Below are positions 10,565-20,056 of a stretch of 64,000 bases of DNA, piece by piece. Each line of letters starts with the position of its first letter. The stretch's first letter is position 1. Under the pieces are notes generated by a model that saw only the letters and a program-made list of their open reading frames with translations, was not told where the DNA came from and made no database searches. Location: the NCBI GenBank assembly GCA_963800175.1, contig CAWCZS010000002.1, positions 2,497,695-2,561,694 on the forward strand, in the 5' to 3' direction. The DNA comes from Candidatus Dormiibacterota bacterium. Its GTDB lineage: Bacteria > Chloroflexota > Dormibacteria > Aeolococcales > Aeolococcaceae. Position numbers and translations under genes: made by a program.

Positions 10565-11629
10565 GTGGTGAGCCGTCGACGACGATCGCTCCATGCCGTA
10601 TCGGCTCTCGTGATGGCGCTCGTCGCGGCGTGCGGCGGTGCGCCCAGCGCGTCACCAACGCCGTCACGGGCGAGCATCGGGGATGGCCTCGACGGACCTG
10701 CGGGGCTGAGCGCGACGACGTACGCAACTGGTCTCACCCACGCCGCTGCGCTCGCGTTCGACCCGGAAGGCCGCCTCTGGATCGCTACGGCCGCATACAC
10801 ATATGACGGCACCGACGGGGTGTACGTCGTGGATCACGCCGGCGCGGCCCCGATCGAAGTCATCACCGGTCTGCGGACCCCGCTCGGACTCCTCTGGTAC
10901 GAAGGATCGCTCTACGTCGCCTCGACAAGCCAGGTGGGGGCGTACAGCGACTTCAACGGGACCACCTTCCTGGAGCATCGAACGATCCTCACGCTGCCCA
11001 CGGGCTCCGGCGAGGTGAACGAACTCGTACTCGCTCCGAACGGCGAGATGCTGATGGGAATCACCGCACCATGCGACCACTGCACTCCGAGCCTTGCCGT
11101 CTCGGGGTCGATCGTCTCGTTTCTGCCGAACGGCACCGATCTCGAGGAGTTCGCGACGCGAATCCGAGCACCGGTGGGCCTCGAGTTCTACCCGGGGACC
11201 GATGACCTCTTCGTGACCATGAACCAGCGCGACGATCTCGGGGTTCGGACGCCAGGCGACTGGCTCGCCGTCGTTCGCCAGGGGCAGTCGTGGGGATTCC
11301 CAGACTGCTACGGCCAGGGCGGCACGGTGTGCGAGGGCGTGCCCGCTCCCGTGGCTGTGCTCGACAAGCACGCTGCAGTCAGCGGGGTCGCGATCATCAC
11401 CGGCCAGCTCGGTGCGGGCGTCGGCACAAAGGCGCTCGTCGCCGAGTGGGCGAAGGGAGTCGTCAACGCCGTCGCGCTGACGAAGGTCGGATCGACCTAC
11501 ACGGGCACGGTCTCGACGTTCATCAGCGGCCTGGAGCAGCCAGTGCCAGTGATCCTGGGGCCGGACAACGCGCTCTACATTGGCGACTGGGGCAGGGGGA
11601 TCGTGTACCGCGTCGCCGCGACGAGCTGA
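10565..11629 (+). CDS. Lipoprotein, PQQ-dependent sugar (glucose/sorbosone) dehydrogenase-like beta-propeller
   Basis: GTG start. Lipobox LVAAC follows a basic N-terminus. Propeller-type motifs are present (LAFDPEGRLWIA, GQSWGFPDCYG, LYIGDWGRGIVYRV). Confidence 0.55.
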   Translation: MVSRRRRSLHAVSALVMALVAACGGAPSASPTPSRASIGDGLDGPAGLSATTYATGLTHAAALAFDPEGRLWIATAAYTYDGTDGVYVVDHAGAAPIEVITGLRTPLGLLWYEGSLYVASTSQVGAYSDFNGTTFLEHRTILTLPTGSGEVNELVLAPNGEMLMGITAPCDHCTPSLAVSGSIVSFLPNGTDLEEFATRIRAPVGLEFYPGTDDLFVTMNQRDDLGVRTPGDWLAVVRQGQSWGFPDCYGQGGTVCEGVPAPVAVLDKHAAVSGVAIITGQLGAGVGTKALVAEWAKGVVNAVALTKVGSTYTGTVSTFISGLEQPVPVILGPDNALYIGDWGRGIVYRVAATS

Positions 11630-11652
11630 GTCTGAGAAAGCGATCCGGGTCA

Positions 11653-11673
11653 GGCGTCGCTCATTTCGACGCC
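11653..11673. terminator. Small hairpin between convergent genes
   Basis: ggcgtcg (11653-11659) pairs with cgacgcc (11667-11673) around loop ctcattt. It lies between the stops of the convergent genes ending at 11629 and 11689. Confidence 0.35.
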
Positions 11674-11688
11674 GGCCGCTCGAACGCC

Positions 11689-12651
11689 TCAGAAGATCGC
11701 GTTGATCCGCGCGAGCACATCCGGCGTCAACCTGCCGATGACATCGAGCGCCCCGAGGTTTTCGCGCACCTGCTCGACACGGCTCGCGCCCGTGATCACC
11801 GTCGACACGTGTGGGTTGGACGCGCACCAGGCAATCGAGAGTTGCGCGGTGCTGACGCCCAGCTCCCCGGCAATCACACTGAGCTCCCGCACCTTGCGGT
11901 TGGCGTCGGCGTTCGTGACGTCCTCGGTGAGCCACCCGTATCCGGGCAGCGCGGCGCGGCTGTCCGCCGGCACACCGTTCGCATATTTGCCAGTGAGGAG
12001 ACCGGAGGCCAGCGGGCTCCAGGTCGTCAGCCCGAGCCCGATGCGGTCGTAGAGCGCAGCGAACTCCCTCTCCACCTTGTCGCGCTCGAAGAGGTTGTAC
12101 TGCGGCTGCTCGACGATGGGCTTGTGGAGGTGATGCCGGTCGGCGATCTCCCACGCCTCGGTGATCGCGTCCGCGCTCCACTCCGACGTCCCCCAGTACA
12201 AGGCGCGCCCCGAAGTGATGATGTCGTGCATCGCGAAGACCGTCTCCTCGATCGGCGTCTCCGCATCGGCGCGGTGGCAGTAGATGAGGTCGAGGAAGTC
12301 GAGGCCGAGGCGACGCAACGAGCCGTCCACGGCCTGAAGCAGGTACTTGCGGTTCAGCGTGTTGCGCGTGTTGACCGAATCCTCGATCCCCCAGAAGTAT
12401 TTGCTCGAGATCACGTACGTGTGCCGGGGCCAGCCGAGCGCTTTGATCGCCTCGCCCATGATCGTTTCCGACCGTCCGCCGGCATAGATCTCGGCGTTGT
12501 CGAAGAAGTTGACGCCACCGTCATACGCGGCGGCGAGGCAATCGCGGGCACTGCCGCCGGCCAGTTGCGGGCCAAAACTGACCCACGAGCCGAACGACAG
12601 GACGCTCACCTGAAGCCCTGAGCGCCCAAGGTGTCGATACTGCATCTCCAT
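11689..12651 (-). CDS. Aldo/keto reductase, Kv-beta-subunit-like (Tas/YghZ type)
   Basis: Only the C-terminal 320 aa of listed ORF 11689..13305 look genuine. From [23 protein letters not shown] onward the AKR motifs appear ([38 protein letters not shown]). The upstream part of the ORF is Arg/Pro-rich noise. Confidence 0.9.
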   Translation of the reverse strand: MEMQYRHLGRSGLQVSVLSFGSWVSFGPQLAGGSARDCLAAAYDGGVNFFDNAEIYAGGRSETIMGEAIKALGWPRHTYVISSKYFWGIEDSVNTRNTLNRKYLLQAVDGSLRRLGLDFLDLIYCHRADAETPIEETVFAMHDIITSGRALYWGTSEWSADAITEAWEIADRHHLHKPIVEQPQYNLFERDKVEREFAALYDRIGLGLTTWSPLASGLLTGKYANGVPADSRAALPGYGWLTEDVTNADANRKVRELSVIAGELGVSTAQLSIAWCASNPHVSTVITGASRVEQVRENLGALDVIGRLTPDVLARINAIF

Positions 12652-12754
12652 GACGACCGAGCATAGAGACCGAGGGCCCAGCCGTGCCCACGGACTCCGC
12701 CGATGAGCGCAGTTCGATTCGATCACCGGCTGGGTCGCTGCGGCGCTCTTCGGC

Positions 12755-13111
12755 TTGGCGATCGGGTCGTCCCTCGTGAATCGCTCGCGGCTGAAAGCCC
12801 GATTGAGCTTCTCGATGGGATGGTTCCGCGCGCACAACTGGCTCGGCGCCATCGCGACGGTCGCCGGCGTGGCCCACTGCCTCGCGTCGATCACGAGGTC
12901 CACGCTGCCCGTTGGTGAGGAGATCGGCATCTGGGCAGGTGCGGCGGCGGTGGGCCTGCTCGTCCTCACCGCCTTCGCAGGCAGCGGCCTCTCCGGCGCC
13001 AAACGCGACGCACGTGCGCGTATCCGGCGCAACCACGTGGTCACCATGTTCGCGGTGCTCGCGGTCGGCATCGTGCACACCGCTCTGAACGGTCCGCTTG
13101 CGGGCAGGTGA
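12755..13111 (+). CDS. Hypothetical small multi-TM membrane protein (may begin at ATG 12703 if one indel is corrected)
   Basis: Good position-3 G/C bias and three clear hydrophobic helices, with His residues in two of them. In-frame sequence upstream of the TTG ([15 protein letters not shown]) looks like a further helix but is cut off by a stop at 12704. Confidence 0.45.
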   Translation: MAIGSSLVNRSRLKARLSFSMGWFRAHNWLGAIATVAGVAHCLASITRSTLPVGEEIGIWAGAAAVGLLVLTAFAGSGLSGAKRDARARIRRNHVVTMFAVLAVGIVHTALNGPLAGR

Positions 13112-13202
13112 CATATCCGGAGGGAGTCGCCGGGAGAACGGGACTCTGGCAAGATGGACGTCCGCATCGGGCGGATTTGGAACATGCGTGTGATGCGCGA
13201 AC

Positions 13203-14935
13203 GTGGGAGGCAGACCGATGACCGAGACCACTGAGGCTGCGTCCCCGCCCGGCGCGGGGGTTCAGCCGGCGGGCCAGCCTCCCGCGCCCGCCGAACTCGA
13301 TCCACGTCGCTGGCTCGCGCTCGCGAGCGTGATGACCGGCCTGTTCATGGTGCTGCTCGACGTCTCCATCGTGAACGTCGCGATCCCCGCCATCCGCTCG
13401 AATCTGCAGGCGAACAACGCCGACATCCAGTTCGTCGTCGCCGGCTACGGCCTCGCCTACGCGGTGCTGCTCATCACCGGCGGCCGACTTGGTGACATCT
13501 TTGGCAGAAAGAAGTTGTTCCTCATCGGCATGTCGGGCTTCGTCATCGCGTCCGCGCTCTGCGGGCTTGCGCAGAGCGCGATCATGCTCGACCTCTCACG
13601 AGTGCTTCAGGGCGGCATGGCGGCGATGATGTACCCGCAGGTGCTCTCGGTGATCCAGGTCACATTCCCACCGCAGGAACGCGCCCGCGTGTTCGGCTTT
13701 GTCGGCGCCGTGATCGGCATCGCGACGATCACCGGCCCGCTCGTTGGTGGGCTCATCATCCGCAACGACATCACAGGCGGATCGTGGCGCTGGATCTTCC
13801 TCGTCAACCTGCCGATCGGGATCGCGGCGCTGATCGCCGCGACACGGCTGATCACGGAATCGCGAGCACCAAATGCGACGCGCCTCGACCTCGGTCGGAT
13901 TCGCGCTCTCCACCGTGGGGATCCTGTTGCTTGTCTACCCGCTGGTCGAGGGCCAGGTCGCCGGCTGGCCGGCGTGGACGTTCATCTGCATGGGGCTCAG
14001 CCCATTCGCGCTCCTCGCCTTCGTCCTCTACGAGCGCTCGCTGCCGGTCAACGCAGGTTTCCCCTGGTGCAGCTCTCGCTGTTTCGCATCAGGTCATTCA
14101 GCGTCGGTGTGGCCATCTCCGCCGTGTTCATCGCGGGCATTCCCGCGTTCTTCTTCACCTTCAGCCTGATGCTCCAGGTCGGCCTGGGCTTCAGCGCACT
14201 GAACGCCGGGCTGACCACCATCCCCTGGAGCCTCGCGTCGGCAGTCTCATCCGCGCTGTCAACACGGGTTGCGCCGCGTCTCGGGAAGTACACGATCGCC
14301 GATCGGATCCGCGTTGCTCGTGATCGGCATCCTCGGCATCATGTTCACGATCCACCTCGTCGGCACGAAGCTCACCGGCTGGGACCTCATCCCCATCCTT
14401 CTTGTCAGCGGCCTCGGGCTTGGCACGGTCATCGCCCCGCTGCTCAACATCATCCTGGCGGGCGTGCCCGGCAGGGACGCGGGTTCGGCGTCAGGCGTGC
14501 TCACGACGTTCCAGCAGCTCGGTGGCGCGATCGGCGTTGCGGTGGTCGGCGTTGTGTTCTTCGGACTGCTCTCGAGCCGTGCACCTGCAGCGGTCGCGAC
14601 CGTGACGCCGCAGCTCCAGTCACAGCTGGCGGCCGCGAACGTGCCCGGCACCGCAGGCCGCGGGGTACATCGCGCACTTCAGCACGTGCTTCAACCAGCA
14701 GGCGTCCTCGAGTGATCCAAGCGCTCCGATTCCCGGCTGCTCGACGACCGGGACCGGTCCGGTCAACGATGCATTTGCGAGTGCCGCTCAGCTCGCGCTC
14801 GGCCGCGTCTTCGTGACATCGGTCGAACGGATCCTGTTCTTCAACGTCGGCTTCTGGTTCCTCACCGGGCTGCTCTCGATGCTGTTGCCTCGAGCGCGAC
14901 CACGGCCGGCCCCGGGAGCCGTACACGCCGCTTAG
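13203..14935 (+). pseudogene. MFS drug:H+ antiporter (DHA2, EmrB/QacA type), reading frame broken about four times
   Basis: The N-terminal 230 aa are textbook DHA2 (LDVSIVNVAIPAI, GRLGDIFGRKKLF, WRWIFLVNLPIG). The remaining helices must be stitched from three frames, with switches near 13893, 14053, 14300 and 14664. The final stop is tag 14933-14935. Confidence 0.8.
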
Positions 14936-14943
14936 AGCGGCGG

Positions 14944-14976
14944 CGAGCTGCCGGCCCTCTCGTGTCCGGCAGCTCG
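14944..14976. terminator. Bidirectional stem-loop between the convergent MFS and flp genes
   Basis: cgagctgccgg (14944-14954) pairs perfectly with ccggcagctcg (14966-14976) around an 11-nt loop. Confidence 0.55.
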
Positions 14977-14989
14977 CGGGGGAGCGTGT

Positions 14990-15190
14990 TTAGCTGGCGA
15001 GCCCGTGGCTCACGTTCGAGAAGACGTTGTTCACCGTCTTGCCCAGCGTGCTGAGAATCACGATAACGACGATCGAGATAAGGACGAGGATGAGCGCGTA
15101 CTCAACCATTCCCTGACCGTCTTCGCGATCCTGGAGCCTCTCTCCCAGCTCGCGGATACGTTCGCCGACCTCCAGAACCCTGTTGCCCAT
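14990..15190 (-). CDS. flp: Flp/Fap family type IVb pilin
   Basis: The Flp motif is present: G|MVEYALILVLISIVVIVILSTLG after a charged leader, in a short 66-aa product. GGAG lies 8 nt upstream of the ATG. Confidence 0.8.
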   Translation of the reverse strand: MGNRVLEVGERIRELGERLQDREDGQGMVEYALILVLISIVVIVILSTLGKTVNNVFSNVSHGLAS

Positions 15191-15258
15191 TTTGATATCT
15201 CCGAAAAAAGCCGTTCCCCCGACTGAGCGAGGCGATATTCACAGCCTGCGCTGCGATC

Positions 15259-16239
15259 TCAAACCCTTCCGGAAAGCCTGGTAACGGGCAGTCTCACACT
15301 GATTCGCGTTCCACCGACATGTTCGTCATCAAGTGTGATCGTGCCTTTGTGGGCAGAAACGATTGCCGCGCAGATTGCGAGCCCGAGCCCCGCGCCGCCG
15401 GTTTTCCGCGACCGTGACGCGTCGCCCCGCGAGAAGCGCTCGAAAATCACGGGCCGCAGGCCGGCGGGAATCCCCGGCCCTGTGTCTGTGATGGAGATGA
15501 CGCATGTGCTCGGGGGCGACGCGGCGAGCGCGAGCGTGACGCTGCCGCCGGGCGGCGTGTAACCGAGTCCGTTTTCGAGAAGGTTGTCGAAAAGACGGCC
15601 GAGCAGGAGGGGATCGCCTTCGACAACAGCCTCGCAGTCGAGTTCCTCGGTGAGGTGCACGCCGAGTGCGGTGGCGTGGCCCTCCCAGCGCGCATAGGCT
15701 TCCTCGAGCACGTCGCTGATATCGAGGCGCGTGACCGACGTCACGAGCCCTCCGGAATCGCTCCGGGACAGCGTCAGCAACAACTCGGAGATCTTCACCA
15801 GGCGCTGCGTGTTCTTCAGGGCGAGGCGGACCGTCGCGGTGAGCTCATCGGACGTGCGTGGCTGGAGCAGGGTGATCTCGAGGTCGCTCTGCAGCGCCGA
15901 CAACGGGTTGCGCAGCTCGTGCGCGGCATCTGCGGTGAACCGTCGAAGCTGATCGGTCGTCGCCAGCTGGGCTCGGTCGCGGGCCATCAATGAGCGCACG
16001 GTCAGCTCGCTGAGGCACGCGGTGACGACGACGGCGACGAACTGGAACTTCGCCGTGAGCGGGTCCACCGCGCCGGTGAGCGCCGTGACAAGCGTCACAA
16101 CGATCGCCAGGGCGGTGATCACCGCCGCGAACGGCGTCGGCAGGAGCCACGTGGCGAACAGCACCGCCAGCAGGAGCATGCCGCCGAGCGTCGGGTTGTT
16201 CGGTACGGCGATCTCGATGATCAGGACCAGCAGGAGCAT
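15259..16239 (-). CDS. Sensor histidine kinase (HisKA + HATPase_c)
   Basis: H-box FTADAAHELRNPLSAL, N-box LLENGLGYTP, G-boxes DTGPGIP and GGAGLGLAI. The frame stays open and hydrophobic upstream of the ATG. The true start may be the GTG at 16333, overlapping the regulator stop, if an indel in the cggcggcggg run (~16305) is corrected. Confidence 0.85.
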   Translation of the reverse strand: MLLLVLIIEIAVPNNPTLGGMLLLAVLFATWLLPTPFAAVITALAIVVTLVTALTGAVDPLTAKFQFVAVVVTACLSELTVRSLMARDRAQLATTDQLRRFTADAAHELRNPLSALQSDLEITLLQPRTSDELTATVRLALKNTQRLVKISELLLTLSRSDSGGLVTSVTRLDISDVLEEAYARWEGHATALGVHLTEELDCEAVVEGDPLLLGRLFDNLLENGLGYTPPGGSVTLALAASPPSTCVISITDTGPGIPAGLRPVIFERFSRGDASRSRKTGGAGLGLAICAAIVSAHKGTITLDDEHVGGTRISVRLPVTRLSGRV

Positions 16240-16334
16240 GGCCGCGCAGCCGAGGAAGGTCGTGATGCGACCGAGCGGTGTCGTCGGCTGCCGTGGGCTG
16301 AAGGCAGTCCCGCCGCCGGATGGCCTGATTCACG

Positions 16335-17027
16335 TCAGAGCGCCGCCGCTTCGCCGCTGATCAGGCGATAGCCGATGCCGCGGCACGTCTCGATCAGCAC
16401 CGATGCGCGCGCGGCCTGTAGCTTGCGGCGCACCTTGCCCGCATACACCTCGACGAGGCCCAACTCCACGGTCTGAGCGTCGCCCCACACCGCGTCGTGG
16501 ATCTGCTCCTTGCTGAGCACCTGCGCCGGATGGCGGAGGAAGAGTTCGAGGATCTCGTATTCGCGACGCGTGGTCGGCACGACATCCCCGCCCACCATCA
16601 CCTGGCGGGCGGCGCTGTCCATGCTCAGGTTGCCCGCCTGGAGGACTTGCACCAGCGGCGCGACGCGCCTACGGCTCAGCGCTCGCACCCGGGCGAGCAC
16701 CTCCTCGAAGTGGAAGGGCTTGGCGAGGTAGTCGTCGGCGCCGGCGTCGAATCCGGCGAGCCGGTCCTTGACGTCATCGCGGGCCGTGAGCATCAGGATC
16801 GCGGTCGGCGCCTGCTGGACGCGGAGGTGGCGACAGAGTCCCATGCCGTCCAGGTCGCCGCCGAGCATCACGTCGAGGACGGCAACGTCATACGCGAGCC
16901 CCGAACGCAGTGTCTCGAGGGCCTCCTCGCCGCTCAGGGCGACGTCGACGGACATGCCGGCTTCCACCAGGCCTCGGGCGAGGCTTCCGGCGACTTCCGG
17001 TTCGTCCTCGACGACGAGTACGCGCAT
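16335..17027 (-). CDS. OmpR/PhoB-family response regulator
   Basis: The real start is MRVLVVEDEPEV, inside listed ORF 16335..17330. It has a receiver domain (DVAVLDVMLGG, DDYLAKPF) and a winged-helix output domain (TRREYEILELF, GIGYRL). Confidence 0.9.
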   Translation of the reverse strand: MRVLVVEDEPEVAGSLARGLVEAGMSVDVALSGEEALETLRSGLAYDVAVLDVMLGGDLDGMGLCRHLRVQQAPTAILMLTARDDVKDRLAGFDAGADDYLAKPFHFEEVLARVRALSRRRVAPLVQVLQAGNLSMDSAARQVMVGGDVVPTTRREYEILELFLRHPAQVLSKEQIHDAVWGDAQTVELGLVEVYAGKVRRKLQAARASVLIETCRGIGYRLISGEAAAL

Positions 17028-17090
17028 GAGGGCATCGTATGCAGCGGGGATCGCCACCACCGGTTCGCGAGTGACTCGATACTTGCTTGC

Positions 17091-17715
17091 ATGAATGACG
17101 TCATTGCGGCGGACGGGGATCTGGTCATCCGGCCAGTCCGTGAGGAGGCCGGGGACTACGAGTTGATCGTGGCGTGGAGGAACTCGCCACACGTCAGGGA
17201 GTGGTGGGATCCGGACGACCCGCCCCTGACGCTCGCCGCGCTCCGCGACGAGCTTGACGCACAGATTCGTGGGGACGATACAACCACGTCCTGCATCATC
17301 GAGCGACTCCGGTGAGCCGGTCGGGTTCATCCAGTACTACCCGTGGGACGCGGAGGAGAAGTACCTCACTGAGATCGGGGTGACGCTGCCGCCCGGGTCG
17401 TGGGGGCTGGACATCTTCATCGGGAAATCAGGTCTCGAGGGCGCCGGGGTCGGGTCGCGAGCGGTGAGGGTGATCTCGGACCATCTGTTCTCGGAGCGGG
17501 GAGCGACGGCAGTGGCCTTGATCACAGAGGCGACCAACGCTCGCGCTCAGGCCTCGTACCGGAATGCGGGGATGCGTGTTCTTGGCGAGCCCTTTCGGGA
17601 CACAGACATGCGGGGCGGTCAGCGGGTGGAGTCGGTCCTCATGATCCGGGACCGGCCGGACGGAGCTATCGGGATTCATTTTCCTGAACCGCGACCGGCC
17701 CGACGGAAGAGCTGA
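17091..17715 (+). CDS. GNAT acetyltransferase resembling AAC(6')-Ib-type aminoglycoside N-acetyltransferases; apparent +1 indel near 17304
   Basis: MNDVIAADGDLVIRPV...HVREWWDPDD...CIIE (frame of ORF 16497..17315) joins GEPVGFIQYY...GLDIFIG...GAGVGSRAV...NARAQASYRNAGM (ORF 17254..17715). The order and spacing of these motifs match my memory of AAC(6')-Ib. Confidence 0.7.
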
Positions 17716-18828
17716 CGGGCGATGATCTCGCGCTGCACCTCGGACGCACCCTCGTAGATCCGGGTGCCGCGGACGTCGCGGTACAGATGCTCCAGCAGGT
17801 GGCCTCGCTCGAGTGCTCTGGCGCCGTGGACCTGGATCGCCACGTCAATCGCGAACATCGCGGTCTCGGTCGCGAACAGCTTCGCCATCGCGGCGGCCTC
17901 GGTGTTCGGGGTGATCCCGGCATCGTGCGCGGCGGCGGCGGAGTGGACGAGCAGCCGCGAGGCCTGCACCCGTGTCGCCACGTCGGCGAGTTGGTGGCTC
18001 ACCCCCTGCAGCGTGGCGAGCGGCTTACCGAATGCCTGGCGCTCAGCGGCGTGGTCGACGGCGGCATCGAGCGCTGCCTGGGCCATCCCGACGGCGCAGG
18101 CGCCGACACTGGGACGGAACAGATCGAGCGTGCGCATCGCGACACCGAATCCGTGGTCGACCTCACCGAGGACGTGGTCCAAGGGCACTCGGACGTCATC
18201 GAAGCGGAGCCGGCCGATCGGGTGGTCAGCGACGAACGGGATGGGCTCGCCGGTGAGTCCGCGGCTCTCTCGCGGTACCGCGAACGCGGTGATGCCGCGA
18301 GCGCCGGCACCCGGCGTCGTTCGCGCGAACACGGTATAGATGTCCGCGTCAGGAGCGTTGGAGATGAAGACCTTCTCCCCGCTCAGGCGGTATCCGTCAC
18401 CGTCGCGCTCGGCTGCGAGGGCAATTCCGGCCACATCGGATCCCGCATCTGGCTCGGTGAGCGCGAACGCGGCGACCGCCTCGCCTGACGACACCCGAGG
18501 GATCCACACGTCCACCACCGCTGCGCGACCCGGCAGCGAGGATCGGGTGGGCTCCGAGCCCCTGCAGCGCAAAGGCTGTTTCGGCCTCGGTGGAATAGCG
18601 GGCGAGGCCCTCGCGAACGAGGCAAAGGGTGAGTGCCGGCACCTCCTGGCCGCGCTGGAGCACCTGGGGGACGAGCCCATGCGCGGAGAGTGCCGCAACG
18701 AGTTCCCGATTGACCCGGCCGGGAGTGCCGCTGTGGGCGATCGGCGCAAGGACGTCTCGGGCGAGGGTCTCCGTCCGAGCAAGCAGGTCGCGATGGGCGG
18801 CGGTCAGGTGCGCGTAGGTCGCGCTCAC
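17676..18828 (-). CDS. Acyl-CoA dehydrogenase; apparent +1 indel near 18540
   Basis: N-terminus MSATYAHLTAAHRDLLARTE... (ORF 18397..18828) joins ...LPGRAAVVDVWIPRVSSGEAVAAFALTEPDAGSD and the rest of an ACAD fold (ORF 17676..18782; YEGASEVQREIIAR). The start overlaps the RidA stop by 4 nt. Confidence 0.85.
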
Positions 18829-19232
18829 GGGATCACTGCCACCCCGACAAGTTCCACGAGCGCCTCCGGATCGAACAGCCCGGACACCCCGAGCACCGCC
18901 ATTGCCGGGTAGCGGCGCCCGAAGTGTGCCCGCCAGACACGCCCGAGGTCACGCATCGACGCGCGGTATGCGACGAGATCGGTCACGAACACCTGAAGCG
19001 AGACGAGATCGTCCGGCTGCCCCCCGGCGGCCGCGAGTGCAGTGACCAGGTTCCGCGCCGCGAGGTCGAACTGCTCGACGATGGTCGCGCCGGCGATGCT
19101 CCCGTCGACGTTCTGCGCGGTCTGGCCGCCGAGATGGACAGTCCTCCCTGCAGCGGCGACCACGGCGTGGGCGTAGCCCACCGGCGCCGGAAGGTCCGGG
19201 GACGTGACGATCTCGTGCTCTGTGCGGCTCAT
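18825..19232 (-). CDS. RidA/YjgF family enamine/imine deaminase
   Basis: MSRTEHEIVTSPDLPAPVGYAHAV..GRTVHLGGQ...LVSLQVFV...AMAVLGV. The ATGA overlap with the upstream hydratase gene supports the internal start at 19232. Confidence 0.85.
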   Translation of the reverse strand: MSRTEHEIVTSPDLPAPVGYAHAVVAAAGRTVHLGGQTAQNVDGSIAGATIVEQFDLAARNLVTALAAAGGQPDDLVSLQVFVTDLVAYRASMRDLGRVWRAHFGRRYPAMAVLGVSGLFDPEALVELVGVAVIP

Positions 19233-20056
19233 CGCCCCTCCCATTTCGGGGCCCGCCCCTCCGTCCATGCGCGGTGAAACTCGGCGTGGTCATGGCTCCC
19301 CATGAGCAGCGCCTGAGTCATCGCGTCCATCTCGAGCGATCCGCTCAGCCCCATGTCGAGCTCTCGGGTCAAAAGCACCTTGGTCGTGGAATACGCAAGA
19401 GCAGGTCCATCGGCCAGTCGCCGCGCCATCTTCGACGCCGCCTCCCGAAGTCCCGCATCCTCCACGACCGCGGTCACGAGGCCGATCTCCAACGCCCGCT
19501 CGGATTCGACCGTGTCGCCGAGCAGGAGCAATTCCGTCGCGCGTCCAAATCCGATGACCCGGGGGAGCAGATATGCCGAACCCATGTCGGCACCGGCAAG
19601 CCCCACCTTGGTAAAGAGAAACGCGAACCGGGCCGAGCTCGCCATGAGGCGGAGATCCGACGCGAGAGCGATCACTGCACCGGCGCCGGCCGCGACACCG
19701 TTGACAGCGGCGATCACCGGGAGCGGGCTCTCGCGCAACGCCCGGACAACCGATCCGGTCATGCGGGTGAACTCCAGCAGATCGCCCGCCTCCATCGATT
19801 GCAGGGCGCCGATGATCTCCTTGACGTCGCCGCCGGAGCAGAACCCGGCGCCTTTGCCCGTGATGACCACGACCCGGGCATCACCGCGATGCGGCAGCTC
19901 GGTGAGCAGGTCGCGGAGATCGGCGTAGACGTCGAAGGTCAGCGCCCCGAGCTTTTCCGGGCGCGCGAAGGTGATCGTCGCCACGCCATCGACGACCTCG
20001 AAGTCGAACTGCTGCCAGTGCTCGGTGAACCCGGCTGATGCGCGGAATCGGGTCAA
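19229..20056 (-). CDS. Enoyl-CoA hydratase/isomerase (crotonase) family protein
   Basis: Crotonase signature VVVITGKGAGFCSGGDV and the second oxyanion region GAGAVIALASD. It overlaps the ligase stop by 4 nt. Confidence 0.9.
   Translation of the reverse strand: MTRFRASAGFTEHWQQFDFEVVDGVATITFARPEKLGALTFDVYADLRDLLTELPHRGDARVVVITGKGAGFCSGGDVKEIIGALQSMEAGDLLEFTRMTGSVVRALRESPLPVIAAVNGVAAGAGAVIALASDLRLMASSARFAFLFTKVGLAGADMGSAYLLPRVIGFGRATELLLLGDTVESERALEIGLVTAVVEDAGLREAASKMARRLADGPALAYSTTKVLLTRELDMGLSGSLEMDAMTQALLMGSHDHAEFHRAWTEGRAPKWEGR

Noticed and set aside
11689-13305. Full 538-aa ORF as an N-terminally extended aldo-keto reductase
   Set aside because: The 218 residues upstream of MEMQYRHLG are Arg/Pro/Ser-rich with no fold signal, and they overlap a plausible forward membrane-protein ORF. 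AKRs of this type are ~320 aa.
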